DNA from: a virus
Direction: 5' to 3' (one strand)
Length of the DNA stretch: 64,000 nt
IMG/VR virus record: IMGVR_UViG_3300027692_000001
The position numbers were made by a program, and so were the translations under genes. Positions 41,790-51,878 of the stretch are shown here, piece after piece (the stretch's first letter is position 1; each line of letters begins with the position of its first letter). Under the pieces are notes generated by a model, which did not search any database, had not been told where the DNA came from, and saw nothing but the letters and a program-made list of their open reading frames with translations.

Positions 41790-43189
41790 TGGCTACCGCC
41801 CCCTCGGTCCCTACCTTGACAGCTCCGGCTAACGGCGCCTACATCGACTTCTCTGAGACCCCCGCGTTCGCGGCGACTTACAACTCGACCGACGGCGCAG
41901 ACCAGAACGCTTTCGCCTTCCGTCTCAGGACACTCCCGATCGGCAACACCCCAGGCTCCGCGTACCAGTACTGGAACGGCAGCACCATGGTCGACACGAT
42001 CCAGTGGGTCTCGGTCACGACTGTGCCTGGAGGGTCCTTCGGCTCGACCGTCGCACCTGTCATGTACGCGGGTTACTCCTACGCGTGGTCCTTCGCCTCT
42101 CAGGAGGCCTCTGGAAGCCTCCAGGGGGCCTTTGCGACGGACTTCACGATGAACTGCTCGGTTGCCCCCATAGTGACGGTGAACACGCCTACAGGCACCA
42201 TTACGACGTCCCTCCCAGCGATCACTTGGACCGACTCGCTCGCTCTCTACGCCGTGCAGACGTACTACCAAGTCATCGTGGAGACGGGGAGCTTCTCGAC
42301 TACCCCCGGCTCGGGTACTCAGATTTGGAACTCGGGGGTCGTGGCTTCCTCCGCGTTGACCGCGACCATGGGTTCTCCCGTACCCGGTGGGGCGAGCACG
42401 CGAGCCTTCGTGCAGATCACTCAGACCGGTGGGCAAGTCTCAGCGTGGGCCTACACGTCCTTCACGGGCCCCTCTGGTGTCCCCTCCGCCCCGACAGTGA
42501 GCGCGGCGACAGGGACCGACGGGGTTACCGGGTGCCCCCTGATCGCCGTCACGATCACAGGCTCGAGCGCGGGCACCGCAGTGGTCACGCGCTCCGATGG
42601 GCTCTACGTCCGAGGCGCTTCCCCGACGAACCCCGCGACCTACGGGGGGTCATCTCTCGTCGTCAACGACTATGAGGCCGTCCCAACAGTTGCGTATACA
42701 TACTCCGTGCAGATCACCGCGTCGACCAAGACCTCCAACGCAGGCACCTCGGGTTCGGTGACCCTCACGACTACGAACTGGTGGGAGTTCAACCCTGTCG
42801 CAGTGGCCACCGCGATCAATGCCCAGTTCATAGATTGGTCGCCAACGCAGGTCGAACAGAGCACCGGGCATCCGGTCATGGGACAGAACGTGATGAACGT
42901 GGTCGCTAGCACGGTGCTCAACCAGGACTTCACGGGTACCGCCGAGCTCTTCACCGCAGCGGTCTACACGGGGTTCCAAGCTTTGCTCTCTTCGGGGGCC
43001 ATCGTGTTCATCTCAAGCCCCTGGGGCCCGACGGACACTGGGTACTTCCGCATCGGTATCCCCAGTGGTGGCCTGTCCACGGGTACTGGGTCCACAGTCA
43101 AAACGACGAAGCTCATGCCATCTACTGCCGCTGGCCCGCACAGGACCGTCGATGTCCTTGCGGTGGCCGCCCCCAGACCAACCGTCTGA
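41789..43189 (+). CDS. minor tail protein (distal tail, Dit-like by position)
   Basis: 466 aa directly after the tape measure. Repeated Ig/FN3-like beta segments. Confidence 0.6.
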   Translation: MATAPSVPTLTAPANGAYIDFSETPAFAATYNSTDGADQNAFAFRLRTLPIGNTPGSAYQYWNGSTMVDTIQWVSVTTVPGGSFGSTVAPVMYAGYSYAWSFASQEASGSLQGAFATDFTMNCSVAPIVTVNTPTGTITTSLPAITWTDSLALYAVQTYYQVIVETGSFSTTPGSGTQIWNSGVVASSALTATMGSPVPGGASTRAFVQITQTGGQVSAWAYTSFTGPSGVPSAPTVSAATGTDGVTGCPLIAVTITGSSAGTAVVTRSDGLYVRGASPTNPATYGGSSLVVNDYEAVPTVAYTYSVQITASTKTSNAGTSGSVTLTTTNWWEFNPVAVATAINAQFIDWSPTQVEQSTGHPVMGQNVMNVVASTVLNQDFTGTAELFTAAVYTGFQALLSSGAIVFISSPWGPTDTGYFRIGIPSGGLSTGTGSTVKTTKLMPSTAAGPHRTVDVLAVAAPRPTV

Positions 43190-45369
43190 TGCCCACCGTA
43201 AATCCTGCCGACGCGCTGATCGACAACCTCAGGTTCGGGGCCACGCTTGTCGTGACCCAACTGACTGTCTACCAGAACGGCATCCCGACGGAATATGTGG
43301 TCCCTGTTTCGACGATGGACATCACAGTCGATCGCAACGCGGCGCAAAGGCGTTCAGGCAGCATCACGGCCGAGATCACCCCGACAGCACCGCCCCCCGC
43401 CCTACTGCCTACGGGGCCGTCCTCTGCGCTGTCTCCGTTCGGCAACGAGGTCTTCATCCAGACCGGCATCGCCGCCCAGCAAGGGGCGCTCTACGCTGCG
43501 GCCCCCCTCGGGGCGACTTCGGTCGAAGTGTACAATCCCGAACAAATCGTGGTCGGCTCCATGATCTCGTTCCCCGGCGACGGCGCGCAGTACTCAGTCA
43601 CCGCGGTCACAGGGTCAAACACTCCCTTCACTCTCCAACTGGGAACACCGTTGCTAGTTGCCGAGGCCGCAGGGACCCCCGTGAACCACAACCCGCAGTG
43701 GGTACCCATTGGGCTGTTTGAGATCGCCACTACGACCGTGGACGACACCTCCTTGGACTTGGTGACGACCCTCCAGGTCTACGACCGCTCGTGGGTCATC
43801 TCCCAGCGTCAGTTCATTCAGGCGTACATCTTCCCGATGACTGCTTCTGGGAACTTCGTGGACGAGATGGTGTTCCTGCTCAACTTCGTGTGGGGTACCA
43901 ACCAGGCTACGGGCACTCCGATCCCCGAGTCCCCCCCCCTCAATTTCAACATCGTCCCGACCTCCTTGAGCGTGCCAGCCGCGACCTACGACCAAGGTTC
44001 TGATCCTTGGCAGGCGGCGATGGACATGGCCGAGTGCGTGGGGTATGAGCTGTACTTCGATGTCTATGGCAATGTCGTAGGCCACCCGATCCCGAACCCC
44101 TTCAACCGTCCTGTGACCTGGAACTTCACTGACCAACCGGACAATATCTACGGGACTGGGGGGTCAGGCTCAGGTGGAGGCTCATCGACCCTCCTCGGCT
44201 CGGTGTACTCGACTCCGACCGCAGTGCAGAACCAAATGACCCGCGACGGGATCTACAACGACGTCTACATCACCGGAGTAGGAACGTCCAACGCTCCATA
44301 CTCGACGACGGGTAGTGACGCTCCTGTCCTAGCCGAGGCTGCTGATGTCAGTCCTGCGACAACGAGCCCCACGTCGATCTACGGCCCGATGGGGGATATC
44401 CCTGAGTTCGTTTCGTCCAACCTCGTGAGTAGCGGTGGACAGGCCTTGCAGATGGCAAAGAGCGAGCTCCTGCTCACCCTGTCTGCCTCTTGGACCATCA
44501 CCCTCACGATCGCCCCGAACCCGATCTTCGATATCGACGACGTTGTTACTGTCACCCACGCGCGCGTCGGACTAGCCAACGTCCCGATGGTCATCGACAC
44601 GATCGACTATATGGTCAGCTATGGCGACCTCTGCACGATCACAGGCCGCGTCCTTCAGGCCGGCACGCAGACGGGGACGGTCGCGTGGAAGGCTTACCAA
44701 GACGGCAGCGCCAACAACCAAGGCCTGAGCCTCACCGGCATCGTGGACAGCGTTCAGTCCCCTGCCTATGGGACCAACTCTGCTTTCGCCCAAGCGGCCC
44801 AGAGCGTCTACACCGGCTCGTACTTACAAGGGCCCTACGGAGACACCAACGCTCAGGGCGCTGCTACTGGGTCTGCCTTCTCGGCTGAGGCAATCATTGA
44901 GTGGCCCTTCATCGAACCGACTCTTCCGATCACGGGCATTGCGCTCACTCGGATAGAGCCAGGCGGTAACCAGTGGTCGATAGGTCTGAGCGCGAACACG
45001 GCTTTCATCGAGTACAAGTGGACCGACTCAACAGGGACGGTCAATACCTTCACCGGGACCAACACGATCGCCCCCTTGACGGCTTACTGGGTGCAGCTTG
45101 CTTGGGACGGCTCAACGCTCTACGGCTTCGTGAACGGGGTTCTCGACCTGTCCACAGCGATGACCTCAGTGATGACCCCCTCCGCGAACGGTGCCCTCCG
45201 CATAATCGGCAGTTCGGCGATGGGGGACATTACGGTAGACGAGGTGAGGATCTCCGATGTAGCTAGGAACACCTCTGGGTATACCCCGGCGACCGCCCCC
45301 TTCACCTCGGATGCCAACACAGGCGCCCTGTACCACCTGGACGCCGGGTTCATCACGGAAACGATATGA
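43189..45369 (+). CDS. minor tail protein with C-terminal LamG/concanavalin-like domain
   Basis: 726 aa. C-terminal ...WDGSTLYGFVNGVL...ALRIIGSS..GDITVDEVRISD is lectin/LamG-like. Confidence 0.6.
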   Translation: MPTVNPADALIDNLRFGATLVVTQLTVYQNGIPTEYVVPVSTMDITVDRNAAQRRSGSITAEITPTAPPPALLPTGPSSALSPFGNEVFIQTGIAAQQGALYAAAPLGATSVEVYNPEQIVVGSMISFPGDGAQYSVTAVTGSNTPFTLQLGTPLLVAEAAGTPVNHNPQWVPIGLFEIATTTVDDTSLDLVTTLQVYDRSWVISQRQFIQAYIFPMTASGNFVDEMVFLLNFVWGTNQATGTPIPESPPLNFNIVPTSLSVPAATYDQGSDPWQAAMDMAECVGYELYFDVYGNVVGHPIPNPFNRPVTWNFTDQPDNIYGTGGSGSGGGSSTLLGSVYSTPTAVQNQMTRDGIYNDVYITGVGTSNAPYSTTGSDAPVLAEAADVSPATTSPTSIYGPMGDIPEFVSSNLVSSGGQALQMAKSELLLTLSASWTITLTIAPNPIFDIDDVVTVTHARVGLANVPMVIDTIDYMVSYGDLCTITGRVLQAGTQTGTVAWKAYQDGSANNQGLSLTGIVDSVQSPAYGTNSAFAQAAQSVYTGSYLQGPYGDTNAQGAATGSAFSAEAIIEWPFIEPTLPITGIALTRIEPGGNQWSIGLSANTAFIEYKWTDSTGTVNTFTGTNTIAPLTAYWVQLAWDGSTLYGFVNGVLDLSTAMTSVMTPSANGALRIIGSSAMGDITVDEVRISDVARNTSGYTPATAPFTSDANTGALYHLDAGFITETI

Positions 45370-47312
45370 CCCGCCCCGCTGCCCCTGGAAGCCCTCACAG
45401 CCTCTCACAGGCCCTTCGTAGAGGGCTCTCCGCTAAGCCCTTCAACCAGGACACGATCCAGTGGGGCATCGTTGCCGCAGTTCACGGGTCCACAAGCACC
45501 ATGCTCAGTATGGCCGCTTCGGAAGGCGACACCACGATCTATACAGCGGGTCCGGCAGTCGTGAACGACCTCTTGGTGATCGGGAATGTCACCACCACTG
45601 TCCAACCTCGCGTTAAATCAGTCACGGGCACTGGGCCCTACACGGTCATGCTCTGGCAGCCCCTCACGATGGCCTACACGACTGGGACCTCGGTAACTGC
45701 TCTACCGACCATCGACGTGTACCTGAACGGCGCGCAGAACCCCACCCCTGCTTCATCTTTGACTTGGGGGATAGGGGTCGCTTATGGGACCACTCCCCCT
45801 GCGGTCGGAAGTGTGATCCCTCTGTTCCGAGGTATTGGAGGGCTCAAGTCGGATCGTTTCGCCCTCAGCCCCGGGGGGGATTGGATCATCACTGGTGATG
45901 GACCACCCACGAGCCCACCGCCAAACGGAACTGTTGGAGTTCTTTACCTCGACATCCTCAACGGTGGCATTTACCAATGGACCAACCCATTCCCCGCCTC
46001 CCCAGGCAGCGAGGCATGGGTACAGGTGGGTGGCTTCGACCCCCTGGCAACCTATTCGGGGATCTCAGTTCAACAGGGTGCGAACTCGTTGGTCTACGTG
46101 GAGGCCGTCGGGGCTGGCGGCGCCGTGTCCGCCTTTTGGGTGCAGGCCAACGGCACTCCTGGCGCCAACCTTGAGATCCTAAGCGGGGCCTTCAATGCCC
46201 TATGGGGCTGGGGACAGGACGGCGGGTACATCTTGCCAGCCGCCGATAATCTCCCGTCCTACGGTTCGACCGTCTATTCCTCGGCGAGCGCCCCCGTGTC
46301 TGGTGCCTTTGGTTCCGACGGTGATTGGTGTCTTTCCGAGGACGGGAACATCTACTACAACGACTCTGGGGTCTGGGTTCTCTACGGCGCGGGGTCTTCG
46401 GCTTGGGCGACTGGGACCGTAACGTCGGTCACCTACGGCAACCCGAGCACGATCAGCACCGCCTCCGACACCGATGTCCCGACGATCGCCTCCTACATCC
46501 CCTACGTCGATGACGTTGCGTTGATCGGAGTAGGGACGGGCTACGGGACCTCTGGGTTGGTCGGGGTGGGCGCGATCGTTTCAGCCGGGGGTGCCACGGT
46601 CGGGCCAGGGCAGTACAACCTCACGGCTCCTCCTGGGACCACCGCGATATCGGTCACGCTCATTGGGGGGGCGGGCGACACTACCTACGGAGGTTTCGGG
46701 AGCCTCATAGTCGGCACATACCCGATGACGGGTGGACAGGGGTGTCAGATCAACGTGGGAGCGCAGGGTGGTGGTAGCGGAACTGGGGGCGGCGGCGATG
46801 CTGGCGCGAATGGCTCGCCTGGAGGTGCCGCGACCGATCTCCGTGTGGGCGGGACGGGACTGTCTGACCGCGTTCTAGTCGCAGCAGGTGGTGGCGGGGA
46901 AGGGTACGGGGCTGGTGCGACATATGGTGGCGGTGGCACTGGCGGCGGTACGACAGGAGGCTCCGGTGCTGAGGGCAGCATCGGAGGGGCCGGTCCTGGC
47001 ACAGGGGGCACACCGAGCGGTGGAGGCACGGGCGGTGCCGGATTTGGTGGCAGCAGCAGTGGTACGGGTGGGACTTCAGGTGCCGGTGGTGACGGTGGCG
47101 GTGGTGCGGGCTTCAGTCAATGCGGCGGTGGCGGCGGTGGGGATGGCCTCTACGGCGGTGGCGGTGGCGGTGGCGGTTATGAGGTCGGTGGTTCGGGTGG
47201 TGGTGGTGGTGGTGGTGGCTCTGACTACATAAGCGGCTCAGCGACCGTTACCACTCACACTCCCGGCTACGAGGCTGGTGACGGTTCGGCGACCTACGCC
47301 TGGATCATTTAG
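45366..47312 (+). CDS. glycine-rich minor tail protein
   Basis: 648 aa. The C-terminal ~160 aa is nearly pure Gly with G/S/T/A, as in actinophage glycine-rich tail proteins. Confidence 0.6.
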   Translation: MTRPAAPGSPHSLSQALRRGLSAKPFNQDTIQWGIVAAVHGSTSTMLSMAASEGDTTIYTAGPAVVNDLLVIGNVTTTVQPRVKSVTGTGPYTVMLWQPLTMAYTTGTSVTALPTIDVYLNGAQNPTPASSLTWGIGVAYGTTPPAVGSVIPLFRGIGGLKSDRFALSPGGDWIITGDGPPTSPPPNGTVGVLYLDILNGGIYQWTNPFPASPGSEAWVQVGGFDPLATYSGISVQQGANSLVYVEAVGAGGAVSAFWVQANGTPGANLEILSGAFNALWGWGQDGGYILPAADNLPSYGSTVYSSASAPVSGAFGSDGDWCLSEDGNIYYNDSGVWVLYGAGSSAWATGTVTSVTYGNPSTISTASDTDVPTIASYIPYVDDVALIGVGTGYGTSGLVGVGAIVSAGGATVGPGQYNLTAPPGTTAISVTLIGGAGDTTYGGFGSLIVGTYPMTGGQGCQINVGAQGGGSGTGGGGDAGANGSPGGAATDLRVGGTGLSDRVLVAAGGGGEGYGAGATYGGGGTGGGTTGGSGAEGSIGGAGPGTGGTPSGGGTGGAGFGGSSSGTGGTSGAGGDGGGGAGFSQCGGGGGGDGLYGGGGGGGGYEVGGSGGGGGGGGSDYISGSATVTTHTPGYEAGDGSATYAWII

Positions 47313-47320
47313 GAGGGGCG

Positions 47321-48115
47321 ATGACATCACCTGCGCTTACAACTTGCTACGACGCGGTGGCGATCGACACGATCCCTGGCACACCCAAGGCGTTGCTCGG
47401 CTACGTCGACGTGTGGGACGAGCAGACCGGGCGCTCCAACTATCAGTCCATGCGCGAGCGCTGGCCGGAAGCCATTGTCGTGCCCATCACTGTGGGGGGG
47501 TCCCACGCTCTCACCTACGACGGGCGTCGCCCGATCATGGTCGACATGGAGACGGGCGACCTCACCCCGGCTGAAGCGGCGCAGTGGTGCTACGAAGAGC
47601 TCCAACTCGGAGCGCCGTCGTGGGGGGAGGTCATCCCTTGGTTCGGAGCCTGGTGGAACGGGGTGCCAGACCTTGCAATGCCCCCTCCTCCTTGGCCGCA
47701 GCTACCTACCCCAGTCGGGCACCAGTACGAGCGCGTTGGCCCACCTCCGGGGCACTACGACATGTCGGTGGTCCTGACCTCATGGCTACTGGCGCCGTCC
47801 CCGCCTACTCCCTACTGCCAGTCCTCTAACGGGCTGGCGATGCAAGACGCACTGGTCGCGGTCGGCCTGCGAATGGGCGAGCCACCGCCCCCTCAACCAA
47901 AGGAGACTGAAGCCATGTTCGTTCGTAACCCTGGCCCTGCTGCGGTAGATGGCCTCCCAGAGGGGGCTATATGCCTCTGTAGTCCCGCAGGAGCCGTGAA
48001 CCTAGGAACCGACTGGGCCACGATCGTCGACGACTACCAAGCTGCCAACGTGCCTCTCATACTCCACCAGGACGCTGGCCTTCTGGCCCGTTTCACGAAG
48101 ATCGCTCTCCACTAA
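47321..48115 (+). CDS. hypothetical protein (weak candidate cell-wall hydrolase)
   Basis: 264 aa, upstream of two membrane proteins. Faint resemblance to the Rv2525c/DUF1906 glycoside-hydrolase-like fold (..IMVDMETGDLTPAEAAQW..). Confidence 0.4.
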   Translation: MTSPALTTCYDAVAIDTIPGTPKALLGYVDVWDEQTGRSNYQSMRERWPEAIVVPITVGGSHALTYDGRRPIMVDMETGDLTPAEAAQWCYEELQLGAPSWGEVIPWFGAWWNGVPDLAMPPPPWPQLPTPVGHQYERVGPPPGHYDMSVVLTSWLLAPSPPTPYCQSSNGLAMQDALVAVGLRMGEPPPPQPKETEAMFVRNPGPAAVDGLPEGAICLCSPAGAVNLGTDWATIVDDYQAANVPLILHQDAGLLARFTKIALH

Positions 48116-48118
48116 GGC

Positions 48119-48724
48119 GTGCCGGTGTTCTTTGCGGCGACCGTCCCAGCCTCGCAAGCGGTCCAGCAGGCGACCAGCGCATCGGACCTCCACTTCTATG
48201 TGACCACGGTCCTCATCGCCGTGGGGGTGGGCGTAGTGGGCTGGCTCTTGCGTCGGGTGATCCGCGAGAACGACAACGCCATAACGACCCTTGGCACGGA
48301 CATAAAGGAGACCAACGACAAGCTCGATGCCACCAACGGCAGGCTTAGCGATGTCGCGACGGCCGTCGCAAGGCTCGCCGGCACGATCGAAGGCGCTGAA
48401 CGTGCCAACGTGAAGGAACGCCAACGCGTGCAGCAGCGCGAGCCCAATACCGTAGCCGAGGTGGCACAAGCCAAGGTGTACGCCGAGCAGGCTGCGGCTA
48501 CCGCTGCGGAAACGAACACCAAACTGGACAACATCCATGTGCTGGTGAACTCCAACCTGACCGCCTCGAAGCAGGCCGAATTGGACGCCACCCGGCGCGA
48601 GCTTCTGCTGCTCAAGGCCGTACCGTTGCCTGACGAAGAGGCCTTGGCTGCCACGAAGCTAGCGGAGGCCCGTATCGCTGAACTTGAGGCTCAACTCGCC
48701 GACCGAAAGGGAAATCAACCATGA
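48119..48724 (+). CDS. membrane-anchored coiled-coil protein
   Basis: One N-terminal TM (VTTVLIAVGVGVVGWLL) followed by a long heptad-like helix. Confidence 0.5.
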   Translation: MPVFFAATVPASQAVQQATSASDLHFYVTTVLIAVGVGVVGWLLRRVIRENDNAITTLGTDIKETNDKLDATNGRLSDVATAVARLAGTIEGAERANVKERQRVQQREPNTVAEVAQAKVYAEQAAATAAETNTKLDNIHVLVNSNLTASKQAELDATRRELLLLKAVPLPDEEALAATKLAEARIAELEAQLADRKGNQP

Positions 48725-48927
48725 CACCCACGCCCCCTACCCCCCCGACTCCTACACCCGCGCAGCCCTCATGGGTCAAAGGCATATCCAAGTTCCTCGC
48801 AGCCCTGACAGGCGCGGCCGGTGAAGCTGTGGCCGCGGGCCTAATCAACGGCACCGACGCCAAATGGGCTGAGATCGCAATCGGCGTTGTCACCGCTGCC
48901 GTGGTTTATTTAGTCCCGAGTAGCTAG
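48721..48927 (+). CDS. holin-like small membrane protein
   Basis: 68 aa. Pro/Thr N-terminus followed by two Ala/Gly-rich hydrophobic segments. Confidence 0.4.
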   Translation: MTPTPPTPPTPTPAQPSWVKGISKFLAALTGAAGEAVAAGLINGTDAKWAEIAIGVVTAAVVYLVPSS

Positions 48928-50108
48928 TGAAGGTCGCTGCTCTAGCGGTCGCGGCTGGCCTTGTAGTAGGTGGGGTGACCACGACTGGCTACTACGCGAT
49001 GGCCCCAGGGACAGAACTGCGCGTCACCTGCCCCACCCACCTTGGAGAGGTCACACCCGGAAGTGCCTACCTGTTGGCCTGTACGCCCTCAGGAGCTACG
49101 ACCACTACCCTAGGCACCACGACTACGACCGTGCCCTCTACGACGACTACAGAGGCCTCTCCGACAACCACTACCCCCTCCCAGGTGGGCTACTTGACCC
49201 CTCCCGCGTCGCTGATGCCGGACAGTATCTTCAACCAACCAGTCACAGGCTGGTCCGTAGCGTCTGACTCGGCCCAGCTCGTCGGTGACTTCGTGGGAGG
49301 ACCAGGGGCGTACATCCCTGCCGGGGGTTATGTGAACAACTACGGCAATGTCGGAGTCTCCACGCAACCCGGCTACTGGGTCCCGACTGACCAACCTGAC
49401 GTCTCGTTCTCACAGACCCCGAGCTCGGCTGGTTGTAGCGCAGGGCCGTTCGTCGGCACCACCCCCGGATATGTCCCCACCGAGGTCCCCATCCCATCGT
49501 TTGCCGCACTGAACGGCTCGGGTGACAATCCTCTCGATGTCTGGAGTGCCAACAGTCTCGTGGAGATATGGCAGGCCAACCAGCTCAGCTCGACGTCTTG
49601 GGAGGGCTGCTACGGGGGCTCCGGCGCCATGAGTACCTTCACGGGCATCTTCGCCAACAACAGGGGCCGCTCGGCGACGAGCATCTCGGAGATCGCCACG
49701 ATGGTCACCGAAGCTGACGTTGCCTCGGGTTCGATCAATCACGCCCTGTCGATCAACATCACCGACTGCAACGGCTGGATATTGCCAGCGACCCGCGGTG
49801 ACTGTGGCAACGACCCCGGCGAGCCGGCTGAGGGTCAGTGGTTCCGCTTCGCTCCCGGTACTGTCTGCTCTCCTTCTCAGTGCAGCACGCCCTATGCCCG
49901 CATGGTCTTCAACGCCATCTCCAAATACGGCATGGTCGTCATGGACCAGAGCGGCGCCTACCAGATCAACCAGGAAGCACAGGCCGACTGGGCCAACGAA
50001 GGCGAACCCGGTACTGACCCGATCACTAAGTCATGGGACGGCCAGCAGGAGTACACCGTCATTGCCAACCTCCCTTGGTCTGATCTTCAAGTGCTCAATT
50101 ACCCGTGA
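48927..50108 (+). CDS. secreted or membrane-anchored protein with Thr-rich linker
   Basis: N-terminal signal/anchor (MKVAALAVAAGLVVGGV), TTTT linkers, and a Cys-containing C-terminal domain of unknown function. Confidence 0.55.
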   Translation: MKVAALAVAAGLVVGGVTTTGYYAMAPGTELRVTCPTHLGEVTPGSAYLLACTPSGATTTTLGTTTTTVPSTTTTEASPTTTTPSQVGYLTPPASLMPDSIFNQPVTGWSVASDSAQLVGDFVGGPGAYIPAGGYVNNYGNVGVSTQPGYWVPTDQPDVSFSQTPSSAGCSAGPFVGTTPGYVPTEVPIPSFAALNGSGDNPLDVWSANSLVEIWQANQLSSTSWEGCYGGSGAMSTFTGIFANNRGRSATSISEIATMVTEADVASGSINHALSINITDCNGWILPATRGDCGNDPGEPAEGQWFRFAPGTVCSPSQCSTPYARMVFNAISKYGMVVMDQSGAYQINQEAQADWANEGEPGTDPITKSWDGQQEYTVIANLPWSDLQVLNYP

Positions 50109-50121
50109 AAGGACCCGTCCC

Positions 50122-51033
50122 ATGACCATGCTCCTAGAGCCCCCTGTACGGCACTGGGCGTGCCCCTCCTGCCAAATGGAGGCCGAGACGATCACGCCGG
50201 GGGTGCGTATGCACCCCTGCCGCGGGTTGAACGGCCTGACCGTCTCGATGGTTGAGGTACCCAAGGCTGGGACGATGCCCCACGCGCGGCACCGAGTCCT
50301 TGAACGTCAGGACTACTGCGCCGACGTCGACCGAGTTATGTCTGTGCTGACCGACTACCCCGACGGGCGTAACGACTGCACGGTTTACCCGATCACGGCC
50401 CGCTTTGATGTGAGTGCCCTCACGCCTGGGCACAACGCTTCCACTGTCGGGGGGAGCATCACGGTCACGCCGGGGACGGCAGGGGTGGGGGTCGCGAACT
50501 TCCGTAGGCCAGTGATCCACGACCCGATCACGGCCCGCATGTACGAGCTCGCTCGGCGAAGTGGGGCGCGCATGGCATGGAGCGCCTCGGGTGCTTTCGC
50601 CTACGCGATGCTCCAGCTTGCTTCCAAGGCAGGGCAGAACCTCTCCTCGGACACGTACAAGACCGCCCTCTACACCTCAAGCGCCACGCCCGATAAGACA
50701 GTGACGACCGCGGCCCTCACCGAGTACAACGGCGCTGCGAGCCAATGGGTGACAGGTAATGAGGTTTCCAGCACCAACTACACCGCGGGTGGGACAGCAG
50801 TCACACCGATCTCGCTCAGCCAGACAACCAACGTCGTCACTTTCACTTCAAGTGGCTCCCCAAGTTGGTCCCTCGTCACCTTCACTACATATGGCTGCTT
50901 GGTCTACGACTCCCAAAGCGGGCAGAGCAACGTCGGTTTGTGCTTCAACTATTTCGGTGGCATACAGGAGGTCACCGTGGGGAACTTCGCGATTAGCTGG
51001 AACGCCAGTGGCATCCTGACGATAACGACCTGA
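50122..51033 (+). CDS. minor tail / fibre-associated protein
   Basis: ATG 50122 (the track ORF starts far upstream inside the previous gene). The C-terminal half is T/S/N-rich beta, typical of actinophage minor tail proteins. Confidence 0.5.
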   Translation: MTMLLEPPVRHWACPSCQMEAETITPGVRMHPCRGLNGLTVSMVEVPKAGTMPHARHRVLERQDYCADVDRVMSVLTDYPDGRNDCTVYPITARFDVSALTPGHNASTVGGSITVTPGTAGVGVANFRRPVIHDPITARMYELARRSGARMAWSASGAFAYAMLQLASKAGQNLSSDTYKTALYTSSATPDKTVTTAALTEYNGAASQWVTGNEVSSTNYTAGGTAVTPISLSQTTNVVTFTSSGSPSWSLVTFTTYGCLVYDSQSGQSNVGLCFNYFGGIQEVTVGNFAISWNASGILTITT

Positions 51034-51878
51034 TGGAACTCAGGTATAACAACCAGGCTGGCACCCTCGGGTCGTTGCCCCTCACTTCTGGTGGCACGAC
51101 GATCACCTTTGCGGTCGCGCCCAACTTCGCCACGCTGACTACCGGGCAGTTCATCAAGCTCGTCCTAGACGCAGGGCAAAGCACGTTTGAGATCGTTTAC
51201 CTGACCGCGTACACAGTGGCAGCGACCACTGGGACCATCACGCGTGCGGCGGAGGACTCGACGCTCTGGCCCGCGGTAGCCCACACCTCCACGAGTGGGC
51301 CAAGCGGCGGAGCCGCGACGTGGGCGTGCGTGCCGACTGCAACAGGACAGGATTACCCTGGCGAGTTCCTTATCGCCAGTCAGGTGTTGGCAAGTCCCGC
51401 AGCGTCGGTCACTTTCAGCAGTATTCCCAGCACCTACAACCACTTGCGGTTGGTCGCGGTAGGGCGATCCTCGGATGCCGTGGAAGCTGACGTCGTCTAC
51501 TTACAGTTCAACGCCGACACCGCAGCCCACTACGACACGGCCCTATTTTATCCCAGCTCCAACACCTCAGCCTCCTTTGAGGTCGAGTACGGCATAGACC
51601 AAATATGGGCCTCCGATTTCCCGGGGACCAGCGCCACGGCCAATCTTCCCGGCATGTGCATAATGGATATCCCCGCGTATGCCGGCACCACGTTTGAGAA
51701 GTTTGTCCAGATGGCAGCGGGGTACATGGACGCCGTGGCAGGGAGTTCCCCCACGAATGTGTGGGCGGCTTTCGGTGTGTGGCGCTCGACCGCTGCGATA
51801 AATGCCATCAAACTGTTCCTGGCTAGCGGGGACAACTTCGTGACTGGCTCCTCGTTCTACCTGTACGGCGTCACCTAA
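51033..51878 (+). CDS. minor tail protein
   Basis: 281 aa with ATGA overlap. Positional call. Confidence 0.5.
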   Translation: MELRYNNQAGTLGSLPLTSGGTTITFAVAPNFATLTTGQFIKLVLDAGQSTFEIVYLTAYTVAATTGTITRAAEDSTLWPAVAHTSTSGPSGGAATWACVPTATGQDYPGEFLIASQVLASPAASVTFSSIPSTYNHLRLVAVGRSSDAVEADVVYLQFNADTAAHYDTALFYPSSNTSASFEVEYGIDQIWASDFPGTSATANLPGMCIMDIPAYAGTTFEKFVQMAAGYMDAVAGSSPTNVWAAFGVWRSTAAINAIKLFLASGDNFVTGSSFYLYGVT

